From NCBI GenBank assembly GCA_964016885.1, contig OZ024764.1:23064001-23128000 (forward strand): a DNA stretch of 64,000 nucleotides, written 5' to 3'. The position numbers and the translations under genes are program-made. How positions within the stretch are numbered: the stretch's first letter is position 1; every line of letters begins with the position of its first letter. Positions 21,054 to 33,884 of this stretch are shown piece after piece. The stretch comes from Eledone cirrhosa. Taxonomy: Eukaryota. Below the pieces are notes generated by a model that saw nothing but the letters and a program-made list of their open reading frames with translations, ran no database searches and was not told where the DNA came from.

Positions 21054-24002
21054 CTGTATCAATATCAAACTCATTACATCATACTACAACAACAACAATC
21101 GTGTAGATCCATCATCCTTGCTAAAACTGGGGTTAACCTTGTAGGTTTTACCTAGGACAGGGATCATAAACACCAGGTTTCCATTTTTGAAGTAGTGTTT
21201 GAAGATTTTGTGTAAATTAAAGTTTTTCACGTTAAACTTTGATTTATTATACTTTAACAGGTAAGATATATATTTGTATTTTTAGTAAAGGTTGGGAACT
21301 TCTGTTATTTAAACCTGCCAATAAAATGAAAACTTTTGTTCTTGCTAATCTGACATTGATATTAATTCTATTGTCCTGTACATTGTCTCAAATATCACAG
21401 ATTAAACAGATTTTAACAATAACAACAGAAATCAATAACTTGTAAGCCTAATATCTAGCTTCCATTTTAACTATTTGATATTGTTGTTCCCCTCCTGTCT
21501 CTTCAGGTCTTTTAGATTTCAACTTCTATCTACTGTACTATTCCATCACCAAGGCAACATTCATCTGGCTGGCAGCTTACATCAGCTACAGATCTCATCA
21601 GTGGTTCACAACAGGCTGTCTGAAAGAAACTTCCAGATATCTTCTATGTCATAGCTATCAATCTCCTCCTCCTTATCATATGTATCATGTAGAACATCTC
21701 TGTATTTATATTTAACAGGGAGATCTTTTACTGTCCCTACCCCTTTTCTCTAGGTTGTCTTGTACCACCCTCACAGTCCCTCTAGATTTTATATTTAACA
21801 GGGAGATATTTTACTATCCCTACCCTTTTCTCTAGATTGTCTTGTACCACCCTCACAGTCCCTCTAGATCTTATATTTAACAGGGAGATCTTTTACTCTC
21901 CAACCCTTCTTTCTCCAGATAGTCTTGAATCTGTCAGTCCCTCTAGATCTTACACTTAGTATCTAGTCTATGTTGAGTGGTACGTCCTTCTTCAGTAAAG
22001 GAGTTAATATTCCCAACCATCTGTCTATCCTGTTTTCTGATGAGAATGAAGTCAATCTAGTTTATCTCTTCACCTGATTGAAGTAACTAGATGTTTTCCT
22101 GTAAGTTAGTGTTGCAGTGTTTGTGTCACCATGTAAGGTTTATATCTATTAATATAGAGATGTAGTAAAGTTTTCACTGTTGTATCTCTATTTTCTAAAT
22201 ATCTTAATAATGTTTCTCTACTATTTCAGAATATCACATGACCTTGACAGAAAAGAGTCTTTTAAAGACAACAGAAAGATGTTACATACAAGTGATATAA
22301 ACTTGTTTAGTCTGTGGTGAATTATGGTGAAATATTTCTTCTGAATTGAGATAAATAACAACATATTCCTTTTTCACTGTCTGGAATATTTACAAGATGA
22401 TTTTACATTCTGATTAAACTTTGGATATTTACAAAGGAGTTTTCAAAATATTTGGATATTGACAAAGATCACATTTGATAAAATTATGAACAATAGAAAT
22501 ATTTACATCAACACAGGAATATCTTCCAGAAGAGATGAGAAAATCATTATACCACTGTAATATTTGTGGTAAAATATTCTCTCTTCTTTATATGTAGAAC
22601 ATCTAACTAAACACTTTAACTAACAAACTATTGTGCTATAGAATTGACAAACTTGAGGAATCTTTAATAAATGTTACAGATTTCTCCAAACTGTTGTTTA
22701 CTAACTTTAATTTGAAGCTATATTATATATATACTACTAAAACTCTGTGATTGTGTCTTGTCTGTAATTTAATACAGCTAAAACAGTGCATAATGGGGAA
22801 ATACTTAGAATAGGAATAAAACAAGTTTTGTATAAATTGGAGCACAGGTTCCCAAGATACGGGGTTTTCTGGGTACCTTCATAAATATAGGGAGAGAGCG
22901 AGACAGTGGTGGTGAGAGAGTGGGCGCTGGTGGTGTTGTTTAATAAAATGTGTGTGTGTATATATATATACGTATGTGTTAAATGACTTAAAAGATAATT
23001 TTAAGGCAACGTGACCCAACAGGTCCCAGGTGGTCTATTAGAGGGTCATGTTCTAGATGTGCTGGAAGAGCTATTCCATCTTGTGAGGCTCACACCAGCA
23101 GCTAGCCACCTCAGCACCTATGGTGGTATATTTATTATATTATTTATTCTTTATCATTAACATTAATATAAAAGATAATTATATATTTTTAGAGAAGAAC
23201 CTCTAATTTCATATAGCATAGGGCTTCAGTAGGTAAAAGTCTGGCCCTGCTTGTCTTGCATTTATTAGGGGAGAAGTTAGGGAATACGGTTATTGTGTGA
23301 AAGTTTTCTAAATCTTCTTCAGCCACTAACGTGGAGAAGATATTTCAGTAAAAAGGTTCACATCCTGACATCTATAGCTGTTAACAATGAGATTGGAATT
23401 CATTATTAAACAAATGTTATATCATCATCACTGTTTTTCCACGCTGGCATGGGTTACACGAGTTATCCTGTTGTAAGCAATGCCAGATCAGGTGACCACG
23501 TCTGGCTCCTACAAAACCAATTTTGGTTTGGTTTCTACAGCTGGATGCCCTTCCTAGCACCAACCTTATTTACATTGAGTACTGGGTGATTTTTACTATC
23601 TCACCAACTCGACCACTTCACAGTGTGTGCTGGGTACTTTTTTACTTTTTGTCATGGCACCTACATAAGCACTTCACAGTGAGTACTGGGTACTTTTTAT
23701 CGTGACACCTACAGTACCACTTTACAGGGTGGACTGGGTACTTTTTGCCATGACACCAATGTGACCACTTTACAGTGTGGATTGGGTACTTTTTGTCGTG
23801 ACACCTACATGACCACTTTACAATGTGGAATGGGTATTTTTGTTGTGACACCTACATGACCACTTTACAGTGTGGATTGGGTACTTTTTGTCATGACACC
23901 TACACAACCTCTTTACAGTGTTGGCAGTGAAATCTAATGCACCAGCTTCAGTAATCAGAATATACATATACACACACACAAACACAAATATATATATATA
24001 TT

Positions 24003-26055
24003 CAGTGGTACCTTGACTTACAAGTGTCCCAACTAATAAGTTTTTCGAGATATGAGCCCTCTTTCGGCTGATTTTTTGCGTTGAGTTCCAGAGTAAAATT
24101 CGGGTTACGAGTCAGCTTCAGATGCCCCGCCACTAGTTGGCATAGTGACCGCCACAGGCAATACCGTAACACCCGCCCGGCATCCCATGGCTTCGAAGAA
24201 AGTGAGGGCGAAGGACAGTTCTGAGAAGAAGAAGCAGATGATGTGTATTGAATTAAAGAAAGAAATTATAGAAAAACAAGACCAAGGTGTGTGTGTAGTG
24301 GACTTGGTGAAGTAGTACCAGCATAGAACTTCTACGATATGTACCATACTGAAGTAGAAGGACTTGATAAAGACTATAACCCCAGCTAAGGGTGGTAAAA
24401 TAATTTCTAAATAGCGGACATCTATCCATGAAAATATGGAAAAGCTGCTGATGGTGTGGTTGACGGAGAAGCAGCTCGCAAGAGATACTGTGATGAAGAT
24501 TATAATATGTGCGAAGGCACGAGCTATTTACGCTGATTTGCTGCAGCAGACCCCAGGTACTTCTACGGACGAGCCATCGGCAAGCCCTTTAATGCCAGTC
24601 GGGGTTGGTTTGAGAATTTTAAAAAGAGGACCGGCATTCACTCCGTTGTCAGGCATGGTGAGGCAGCGAGCGCGGATATGAAGGCAGCTGAGGATTACCT
24701 CAAAACCTTTGTCAGAATTATAGCAGCCGAAGGATACATCCCTCAGCAAGTCTTTAACTGTGATGAAACAGGACTTTTTTGGAAGAAGATGCCAAGGAGG
24801 ACTTATATAACGGCAGAGGAGAAGAGGATGCCTGGCCACAAACCCATGAAGGATAGGCTAACCCTCGCACTGTGCCACTGTGAACGTTGACTGTAAGATT
24901 AAGTTGCCGCTCGTTTATCATTCGGAAAACTTTAAGTCACATAAGATTCTGAAAGAAAAACTGCAGGTTATGTGGAGGGCAAACCCGAGGTCATGGGTCA
25001 CCAGATAGTTCTTTGTGGATTGGGTGAATTTGGTACTGACATTAAAAAATATCCCCATGAAAATAACCTACCCCTGTAAACCCTTCTTGTTCTGGACAAT
25101 ACACCGGCTCACCCACCTAACCTCGAAGAGTTCAAGTTTATAAAGGTCCTCTACCTTCCACCAAACACCACCCCTAACCTACAGCCCAAGGACCAGCGGG
25201 TACTTTCTAATTTCAAGAAGCTCTTCACCAAGCACCTGTTCAGTCGCTGCTTTGAAGTGACGGAGAGCACAAACTTCACCCTTGAGAGGTCTGGAAGGAC
25301 CATTATAACATCGTGATATGCCTCAGAATTATCGATATGACCTGGCAGGGTCATACAAAGAGGACCTTGACCTCTACATGGAAGAAGCTGTGGCCTGAAG
25401 TTGTGTCTAAAACAGACTTTGAAAGACTGGAACCCGAAGCGGCAGTGGTGGCGGAGATTGTACCCTTCGGTAAGTCCATGGGCCTGGACATGGATGAAGG
25501 TGACATCAACGAGCTCATCGAGGAGCACCCCGAGGAAATGACAACGAAGGAATTAAAGGAGCTACAGACACAGCAACACACGGAGTTTTTGCAGGAAATA
25601 GGTGACACAGAGGAGGTTATCTCAACAACTGAGATGAAACAAACCTCATTAGACAGGTCTTTATCGAAAATCCCTGCAGATATAAGTGAGGAACGCGTGG
25701 CGAAAAGGGCAAAAATCAGCGAATAAGATTCAGTTATTCAGTTCATCCTTTCTCCTCCGTCAACATCCTCAAGTCGTCTGATCTCCAAGATAGATGCCGT
25801 ACATTATACTTAATAAAACCAGTTTATTGTAGTACATTCTATTGTATTGTTTTTTATATACAATATTTGTTATTTATAAGTACATTTTTCTTATTTAAAA
25901 ACACGTAACAAAACAAACTGTGGTTTTGGGGGGTCTGGAACGGATTAACGGCATTTTAATTTATTTCAGTGGGGAAAATTGATTTGACATACGAGTAATT
26001 TAAGTTACGAGGTCCTCCACGGAACAAATTAAACTCATAAGTCAAGGTACAACAG
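24003..26055 (+). mobile_element. Tigger/pogo DNA transposon, full length but disabled
   Basis: TIRs CAGTGGTACCTTGACTTA / TAAGTCAAGGTACAACAG; transposase from ~24187 to 25726 with a CENP-B-type HTH, FNCDETGLFWKKMPRRTYI..KDRLTL, LDN..AHP and LPPNTT..LQP.DQ; stops and frameshifts. Confidence 0.92.
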
Positions 26056-27204
26056 TGTGTATATATATATATATGAAGAAACGATCGACTTTCGTCAAAT
26101 CGGACCGAGGAAGCAATGTTTCCATTGGTCTTTCCAATTGCTAGTACTATTGGTCGCAACTCCAGGTAGAAGGAACAACGTGAAATAAAGTGTCTTGCTC
26201 AAGGTCATAACGCATCGCCTGGTCCAGGAATCGAACTCACAACCTCAAGATATATATATATAAATGAAGAATATAGAAATTATTGTAGCAAAAAGCCAAC
26301 AGTATTCCATTTCATTTGATTTTGAGTCCATGCTCAGGCCAAGTCGAAGACTCCACCAATTATATATATATATATATAGTATAAAAGAGAAAACACAGGT
26401 AAGCATTAAGAGAAGGATTTTATCCAGGTATTTACGACCGTTTCATTGGTAAGTGCAACCTTATATTTCTATCCTGCAAATAGCAGCCACTCAATTATAA
26501 TTGTTGTTCACAGTCCAAATTTTCAAAATAGTAAGTTACTCTTGAAATAATTCTTAATATATAGAGAAAAACATTTATTTGGAATTGTATTTACTAGTAT
26601 AGAGAGAGAGGAATCAGAAGGTGAGGGGACAGACGGAATAGTATAGAGAGAGAGGAAGAGGTAGGAAGTAGAGTGACAAACTGAGATGGAGGGAGGGGTA
26701 GAGGTGGCAGGATTCTTTGGTCAGTTTTGACAGCAGACTTCATGTCGTGGAATGTAGTGAGTTAAAGAGAATTAAATTGATCATTTTTGGAGGGATGGAT
26801 ATATATATATATATATATAGTTAAATATTAGACAGGAACAAAAAACAGGCAGTGCAAATGGTAGTTTATACCGAGAGAGAGACAGACAAACACATCTATA
26901 CCTCTACTACAGTAAAACATAAAACATATGTAAGGGGAGACAACTCTCGTTACATCCCCCCTTCTTTTTGATATACGTCCTTTAAATACTTTGTACAATG
27001 GAATCTGCTTTATTTTGTGTCCTAAGTAGATTTCTGTTTAAGTATTTACGAGATTCACAATGATTCACGTAACCAAGTTACTTACATAGAGACATATTTC
27101 ACATAGAATTACAACAAATGAAAATATTAAGTCAACACTCTGTCAATCAGTCTCACATCACATGGGGTGCTGGAGTCTCCTTCTAATACTTTCTGAGACA
27201 GTCT

Positions 27205-27355
27205 TACCTCGAGTGATAGCAAGGCTAAGATGTTGGAACTACCAAACACCCTCATATGTATCACCTGACACCTCGGTAAGGAGAGCTGCCAACGATAACA
27301 AGAACCTCGTTGTCAGGGACCTATCTCCTCCAAACTTCTCCAACACCACAAACTA
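27205..27355 (-). mobile_element. Short CRE-like 3' fragment (copy at 47030-47175)
   Basis: Reverse-complement similarity to 32125-32260. Confidence 0.55.
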
Positions 27356-27849
27356 GAATATTCTACTCATTATTCCCTATCAAATATATTTCAGTCTAGT
27401 CATTTATCTTGTATCTTGTATATATATTTTCAAAACTAACTGTCACATTTGTGAGACCCCAGTTAGTGATGTTTTCGTCTCCCTCCCACATCCTACATGC
27501 TGTAGTAAAAGTGAGGGTCACTGCTTCTGTAGACGAACGAAATAAAAGTTAAACTACCAGTAATTATCGGCAAAGTATTTATTCCAGTCTGTGATGTTTG
27601 AGAAGCTGGGCTGCTGACAACGAAGTTGTGGTCACTGTTGGCAGCTGGCTTTACCGAAGTACCCGATGACTCTTGTGAGGGTACTTAGCTGTTCTGGCAA
27701 CTTAGCCCCCATATGACCCGATCTTACAGAGATACCCGGTGATCTCTGTAAGAGTACCTAGCTGTTCTATTTTAATTACATTTACTGTTTTCAACGTTAT
27801 TTTTTTTTATTACAAACTTTACATAATTTAATTCCGTAAAAATATTTTT

Positions 27850-27993
27850 TACGTCACAAAAAAACTTGACCTTTGACATTGAAGCATGCGCAGTGGTGCA
27901 GTTGTCGACTTCCTGTCCACGTGTTAGTCTTCCTACAACATCATTTAGAAAACATTTCTGTAAATACTAAACTCCTGAGACTATAATGTAAGT
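27850..27993 (+). promoter_or_regulatory. Putative promoter and non-coding exon 1 of ZnF3
   Basis: Cluster within ~75 bp: ACGTCA, TGACCTTTGAC, GCATGCGCAG (NRF1-like), ACTTCCTG (ETS) and CACGTG; followed by a donor GTAAGT at 27988. Confidence 0.62.
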
Positions 27994-29099
27994 ATTATGT
28001 CTATTAATATTGTAGATTTAAGCTCACTTTTCACATCACAAATATATATTTTCTTGTTTGTTTCATTACTGGAAATATAAAATGTTATCGTAATTATCTA
28101 TATTTTACCTACCTCTAATTAATTAAAGTGAAAACTTTTGTTGTTGCTGAAAAATAAATTAACAAAACTAAATATTTAAATATTCTAAAGGTCGTTTTTA
28201 TATTATGTGATGATATAATTAATATATTTTATTACAATTGTATAAATTTACAGTAGAATAACGTTGTAAATATGTTTTAAATATATACATAAATAACATA
28301 AGTGTGTAAATAACATTATAAATTGCTGGCAATTCCTTGAGAAAGACATTACAAATATATTGTCTAAACTGTGTATAATAATATAATTTATTGAACAATA
28401 ATGATAAAGGAAAGAAAAACACAGTGGGAGATGGCAATTGACCACCAAACGAGGTAAACATTTTCAACTTTCCCCTTTTTTTGCTTTGTCCGAGACAACT
28501 CAAAATATTCTTCAAGGAACTGGATTTTCCATTCGGTTGGATCGAACGGATTTTACCATTTATAATCTACGGAGAGGAATAACAGATGTTCGGAGGAAAA
28601 AAGAATTGTTTGTGGCAACAACGTAGGGAACCAACCTGGAGCAATTGTATCACACAATTATACTTTCCTCCTTAACATACACTTACAATTTTTCAAAATC
28701 AAACCCCCCAAATATAAAATATAAATAATTATAAATGGCGAGGAACCATCCCATCTCCCTCTTGAAATAACCTGAATCTATTTATAGTCAGGTGTGACTG
28801 AAAGGTCAATCCATACTTCCATTCTATTTCACAGAATTAGAAGCTTTGACCACTTGATAGAATTCAGGTCCAGTAATGTAATCACTCCGTAATTGTAAAC
28901 ATCTTGTATCACTATCATTCAGGTTTTGATTTTACTCAAGTCTTGCCCATGTTTTTTTTTTTTTACACAAACTCACAATTTCGGTTTTTACTGCGGATTT
29001 ACCCATGCGAACTATTACACAAACTCACAGCCTTAGATTTTGTATTTCTAGCGTTTTTATTTTCCTTCTCTTTGCATGTTCAGTGCTCTTTCTCTCCCA

Positions 29100-32000
29100 C
29101 TATTTACCTGCCTCTCACATGACCACACTCCTCTCCACGCACTCATCATCTTCTCACTCCTTCTCCACCTTCCATCCCTCCCCTTGCTCAACCCTTACTT
29201 CCTCCTCACGCACAGCCCACCTAGGTATTCGTTCAACCCGCCGATGGCCCGATGTTTCGACCGAACTATTACCGGCGATTGCCGATTGCTAAAGTTTAAC
29301 CTAGTCCACTCTAGGTGGGGGTGGCATGCGTCGAACAACCAAGAGACCTGCTTGGTGGAACGACTATGTGACAACCGGTTAGCCTTCGACCTCTCATTCT
29401 CCACCAACTGCAGCACGCACGAGAGGAGCTAACTTGCCCCCACCACCCCTACAACTGTTAGCTCACCACCCAACCTCCGCTTTAGTCCCACCGTTAGAAC
29501 CACTGTTTTCTCCTTTACTGACTCACTCCCTTCAGCGAATTCCAATGCTGGCCCTCTACTGCCGGCTGTTGCCAGCCCGCCACCTGATTGCGCCCTCTGT
29601 GCCCGCACTAACCAGTACTTAAAGACAATTAAGTCACCTATGCCACGCAAGCTACCACAGAAGCTGTGTCGGCATCACCAAAGCTCAAGCAAAAAGGCTT
29701 CAACACTGGACCTGTCATCGGTGCCACTTCAGCTCTGACTATTCCGTGGGGATGACCAACACTCTACCGACGACTTTGCCACAGCCCCCCCAGGACTTCA
29801 CCAAATCAAAGCTCGTTAACCGGACCCTTAAGGGAGCTCGGAACAGCTTTGCAGGTGCCCTCTCTAATTTACTGAAAAACGTTTGCTCGTCCAACAATAG
29901 ACTGGCAGAAATTGTTTTTGTTTCCCCTCATCTCTCTTCACGTGCACAATGCGAACTCGGGTTCCCTCAAGTCCTCTCTCAAGCGGCAGTTCCAGCTGTT
30001 TGAGTCCACCCCAACCACGTCTCATCTCAGTTCGTCTCCGAGCTCGGTGTCCACCAACAGACAACCGGTAGACCTCAAGCGAGCCGTCAATGCCAAATTC
30101 AGCGAATTTGACATTAAAGGGGCTGTCCTCCCTTGCTCCATGCAACTCTGACTCTCGTGAGCGTCTGAGAGAGAAGCACCCCCAGATGATCAGCAACACT
30201 GGCCCGAACCACCAGAATACTTGAGACCGGTTTACACCACCGATATCATCAGAAAGGCGATTTCATCCTTCCCCGCTGGGTCAGGCGCGGGAATTGACGT
30301 CCTTCGTCCTCAACATCTCAAGGATGGTATCTCCTTATTGGCCGGTGATGCCGGACTCGAGCTCTTGGAGAGTCTGACTCAGTTTGTGAATCAGTGAACG
30401 TTCTCCCGTTCATCCGCCCACTGTTCTTCGGTGCGAAGCTATTTGGTCTCACCAAGCCCAACGGGGACCTGCACCGCATGCGGTTGGCTGCACACCTCGC
30501 CGCCTCACTGCAAAGGCGTGATTGCTGTTGGTCTCCAACTCAGTGGCGGAGGAATTTTCCCCCATCCAGCTGTGGGTGGGTACCAGGTTGGGATGTGTGG
30601 CTGCTGTCCACGCTGCCAGAGCATTTGCCAACTTGCCCTCCTCATCCCCCAAGGTCATCCTCAAACTTGACCTCAGGAATGCCTTCAACTCCGTCAGCCG
30701 TAACATCGTCCTCGGCTCAGTAAGAGAGAGGGTCCCACAACTCTACCACTTTGCTTGGCAGGCTTATCGGGAGCCCTCCTACCTCTCTTTCAGTAACCAG
30801 ATCATCACCTCTGCCTCAGGAGTCCAACAGGGTGACCCACTCGGGACCCCCCCCCCCAGCACTGGACATTGATGACGTCACCAAGATGGGGGCTGAGTTG
30901 GAACTCAATGTCTGGTAGCTCGACGACGCCTGTTTGGGGGGAACTCCGGATATGGTTCTCGCCACTGCCAACAGGATGGTGGAGGAGCTTGGCGCCGGGG
31001 ACTCCAGATCAATAGCTCCAAATGTGAGCTCTGGATCCTCAACCACCCGGCTTCTTAACACCAACAGCTGATCGACCTGTTCGCAGAGTCCTTCCCTTCC
31101 ATCACGGTCCCTCCCCCGTCGGCTTGGTGCTCCTTAGGAGCCCCGATCACAGACCTGGCCTTCGAGTCAACCATCCAATCGAAGATGGTTGGCCTTGAGC
31201 AGCTGCTGAGGAATATTGAAGATATCGAACCCCATCAAGGTTTCTTCTTACTCAGGAACTACCTGTCTATTCCTAAGCTTCTGTATCTGCTGAGAGTCAG
31301 CCCCTCTCACAGATTCCCATCCTGCCTCCAACGCTTCGACGACCTAATCTTCGAGAGACTCGAGTGTCTGGTCAATGTTAGTAAGTGTTCATCCCTCTCT
31401 CTCCCCTGCTTCCTTTCCTCCACCCAAGCTTGCAGCATCCTCTCCTCTCCAACATGGACTAGTTCCAACAGGGAGTTGTGTGAAGCTCTCCAGCAATGGA
31501 GTGAGTTGGGCTTGTCTCTTCCTGAGAAGGTGGAGGACAGTCGAAGTCAGAGAACTTGGGACAGGATACGTTGGAATGCCACCTTCGACTCCCTCTTCGT
31601 CCTCTCAGATCAGTTTACAAGGTGCCGCTTACCATCTGCCAGCGCCAAATACTCCGGTGACTGGGTCGATGCCTTACCCGTGGCCAACGTTGGAGGCCTA
31701 CTTAGCCTGGATGAACTTCGTGTCTCCATCACCCTCAGAGTGGGAGCTGACGTCTGCATGGGTTTGAGATGTGGCTAACTCCTCGACTCCACAGGCCCCC
31801 ACGGTCTTTCTTGCTGCCTGAATGCCGGCCACTTCACCCGTCACACGGAGCTAAACTTTATTCTGAAGAGAGCTTTGGCCCGGGCAAACATCCTCTGTCT
31901 TGGAACCATCTGGGTTGTCCAGAAGTGACGCAAAAGACCTGACGGCCTTACCCTGTGGCCCTGGTGGAGAGGCAGGTGCCTAATCTGGGACGTCACTGTT

Positions 32001-32380
32001 AGTGACTCCTTTGCTCTTTCCCACATCCTTGATGCTGCGGTAAGGACGAGAGCCACAGCTTCGGCAGCCGAGCGGAGTAAGACCCTCAAATACTCTGATC
32101 TGTCGGCCAGCTACATTTTTCAGCCTGTGGCTTTCGAGACGTTTGGGGGAGTCGGGCCGCTGACTGCGAGGTTCCTTTCCTCACTGGCGGCTCGCCTTAT
32201 AGAGGTAACTGGCGAAATCGCGAGGGCGCTTGGCTGTTCCAGCACCTCAGCCTCGCCATCACCCGATGTAACACTGCCAGTGTGCTGGCTTGCCTCAAAA
32301 CTCATTAGAGAGGTTTCCCAGTACCCTCGTTGCTGTCTTTTGCTCTGGTGTTGGCTCCGTTGTCCACCCCTTCCTTTACA
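29100..32380 (+). mobile_element. CRE-clade (RLE-type) non-LTR retrotransposon, disabled
   Basis: LRPQHLKD, FFGAKLFGLTKPNG, KLDLRNAFNSVSR, GVQQGDPLG, (Y>*)LDD, a CxCG..H.LSC knuckle remnant, and the RLE motif KRPDGLTL.PW..GRCLIWDVTV...K..KY. Confidence 0.85.
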
Positions 32381-32684
32381 TTTTCTTTAATATTGCAACA
32401 TTAAAGGAATTTATCTTTCATTGTATCATCCTTTATAGTGTTACCGAGGCATTTGTAATGTTATTTATATATTTAAAACATATTTGTTATGTTATTCTAC
32501 TGTAAATTTATTTATATGCTCTGTTTATATTTTCATTCTGAAGGAACTTATCCACTTGTGTTGATATAAGTGATGCTATGACTTTCCTCTAAGCATTGTG
32601 TCATTATATATGTTATTATAAACGTGAATAAATTGAATTTATAGTGTGATAATAGGCCACACCTCACACCCTAGGGGTTAACTA

Positions 32685-32811
32685 CACACTGGCAGCATTA
32701 CAACGGGTGATGGTGAGGCTAAGGTGCTGAAATAACCAGGTACCCTCACGGGTATCACCTGACGCCTCTGTAAGGTGAGGCTACGGTGCTGAAATAACCA
32801 GGTACCCTCAC
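32685..32811 (-). mobile_element. Inverted CRE 3'-end fragment with internal tandem repetition (copy at 51788-51991)
   Basis: Reverse complement of about 32195-32300. Confidence 0.7.
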
Positions 32812-33171
32812 GGAAACGACTAGATTTGTAGAAAAAGTAGGGTGAAAGTATACAAAGAGATGTAGTTTCACAGATCTACTCACACCTCACGTTGGGTGGG
32901 AATAATTATTTTTCTTAGAATTCTTGCTATACCCCTTTTCCAGTATTTTTTCTCTGGACCCCTTAGATACTTGCGATAGACGTTTTATTTCCCAGTATTA
33001 GGATTAGGGTTTCCGTTTTCAGGAAGAAAAGTCGACTGCAAACATCTAAGAGGTCGAGCAATGAAATTAAGGAAAGATAATTATTTCCCAGCCAACTGGA
33101 GAAGTGTGTAGCTCTTCTAAACTCCGATAATCCTGTCTCCCACTTCTTTATCTACAAATCTAGTCGTTTCC
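32812..33171. mobile_element. Foldback MITE, 360 bp
   Basis: 21-bp perfect TIR GGAAACGACTAGATTTGTAGA, plus nested imperfect inverted segments (AATAATTAT..CTTA; CTTAGAT..TGC..GAC). Confidence 0.8.
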
Positions 33172-33884
33172 TGCTACTTTGTTCCCTGGGGTATGCCTTA
33201 GTATTTGACACCATCTATCTGTCTTACTCCCTAACTAGAAAGAAGTCAATCTGTCTCATGTGCTCACCTGATTGGTAGGTTATTAGGTGGTTGGTAGGTT
33301 TCTTGAAGTGTTGCAAATGGTTAGTTCACTTGCATCACAAAATACAAGAAGCGTCACTCCTTCATCGTTTCTTGAGCCATAACCATGACCACCATGTACC
33401 CCAGTGTATCCATCCTGGAGCTGTCCAACATGACCATTGAAGTCCCCTGCTATTATAACTAGGTCTCTGTCATTGTGGTTACCTCTACTTTTTCCTTTTC
33501 TACATATGGAGCAGGACCACGTTCCTGAAGGGGTCAGGGTCTTCTCTCCTATCCATTAGCACTTTAGTTTTGGCTAAGTATATTCTCAGAACTTACCATT
33601 TCAAATTCTATATCTATAGTTGGTCATCTACATAGAGAAGTTTCCATAGACAGCCAGTCTTAAACCTCTCTGTTATGGTTTGGAGAACTATGATGAACAA
33701 CAGTGGGCTAAGAACTAAACCATGATGAACTCCTACCTGTACCTTCAATTCTTCACTAGACACACTTTACTGACAGCTTCTCACAAGCCATTCTTCTACA
33801 CCTAATTTCCTTAACCCTTTAGTATATAAACTGGCCATATCTGGCCAGAATTCTCCCACATCTTTCTGTTCAAACTGGCCGTAA

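Noticed and set aside
26380-26520. Possible second hammerhead/Penelope end on the minus strand (GAAACGGTC...)
   Set aside because: No intact CTGANGA box or stems could be assembled.
28219-28626. Small ORFs duplicated at 49014-49421 and similar short ORFs in flanks
   Set aside because: Low-complexity AT-rich frames with no recognisable domain; their identity simply reflects the segmental duplication.
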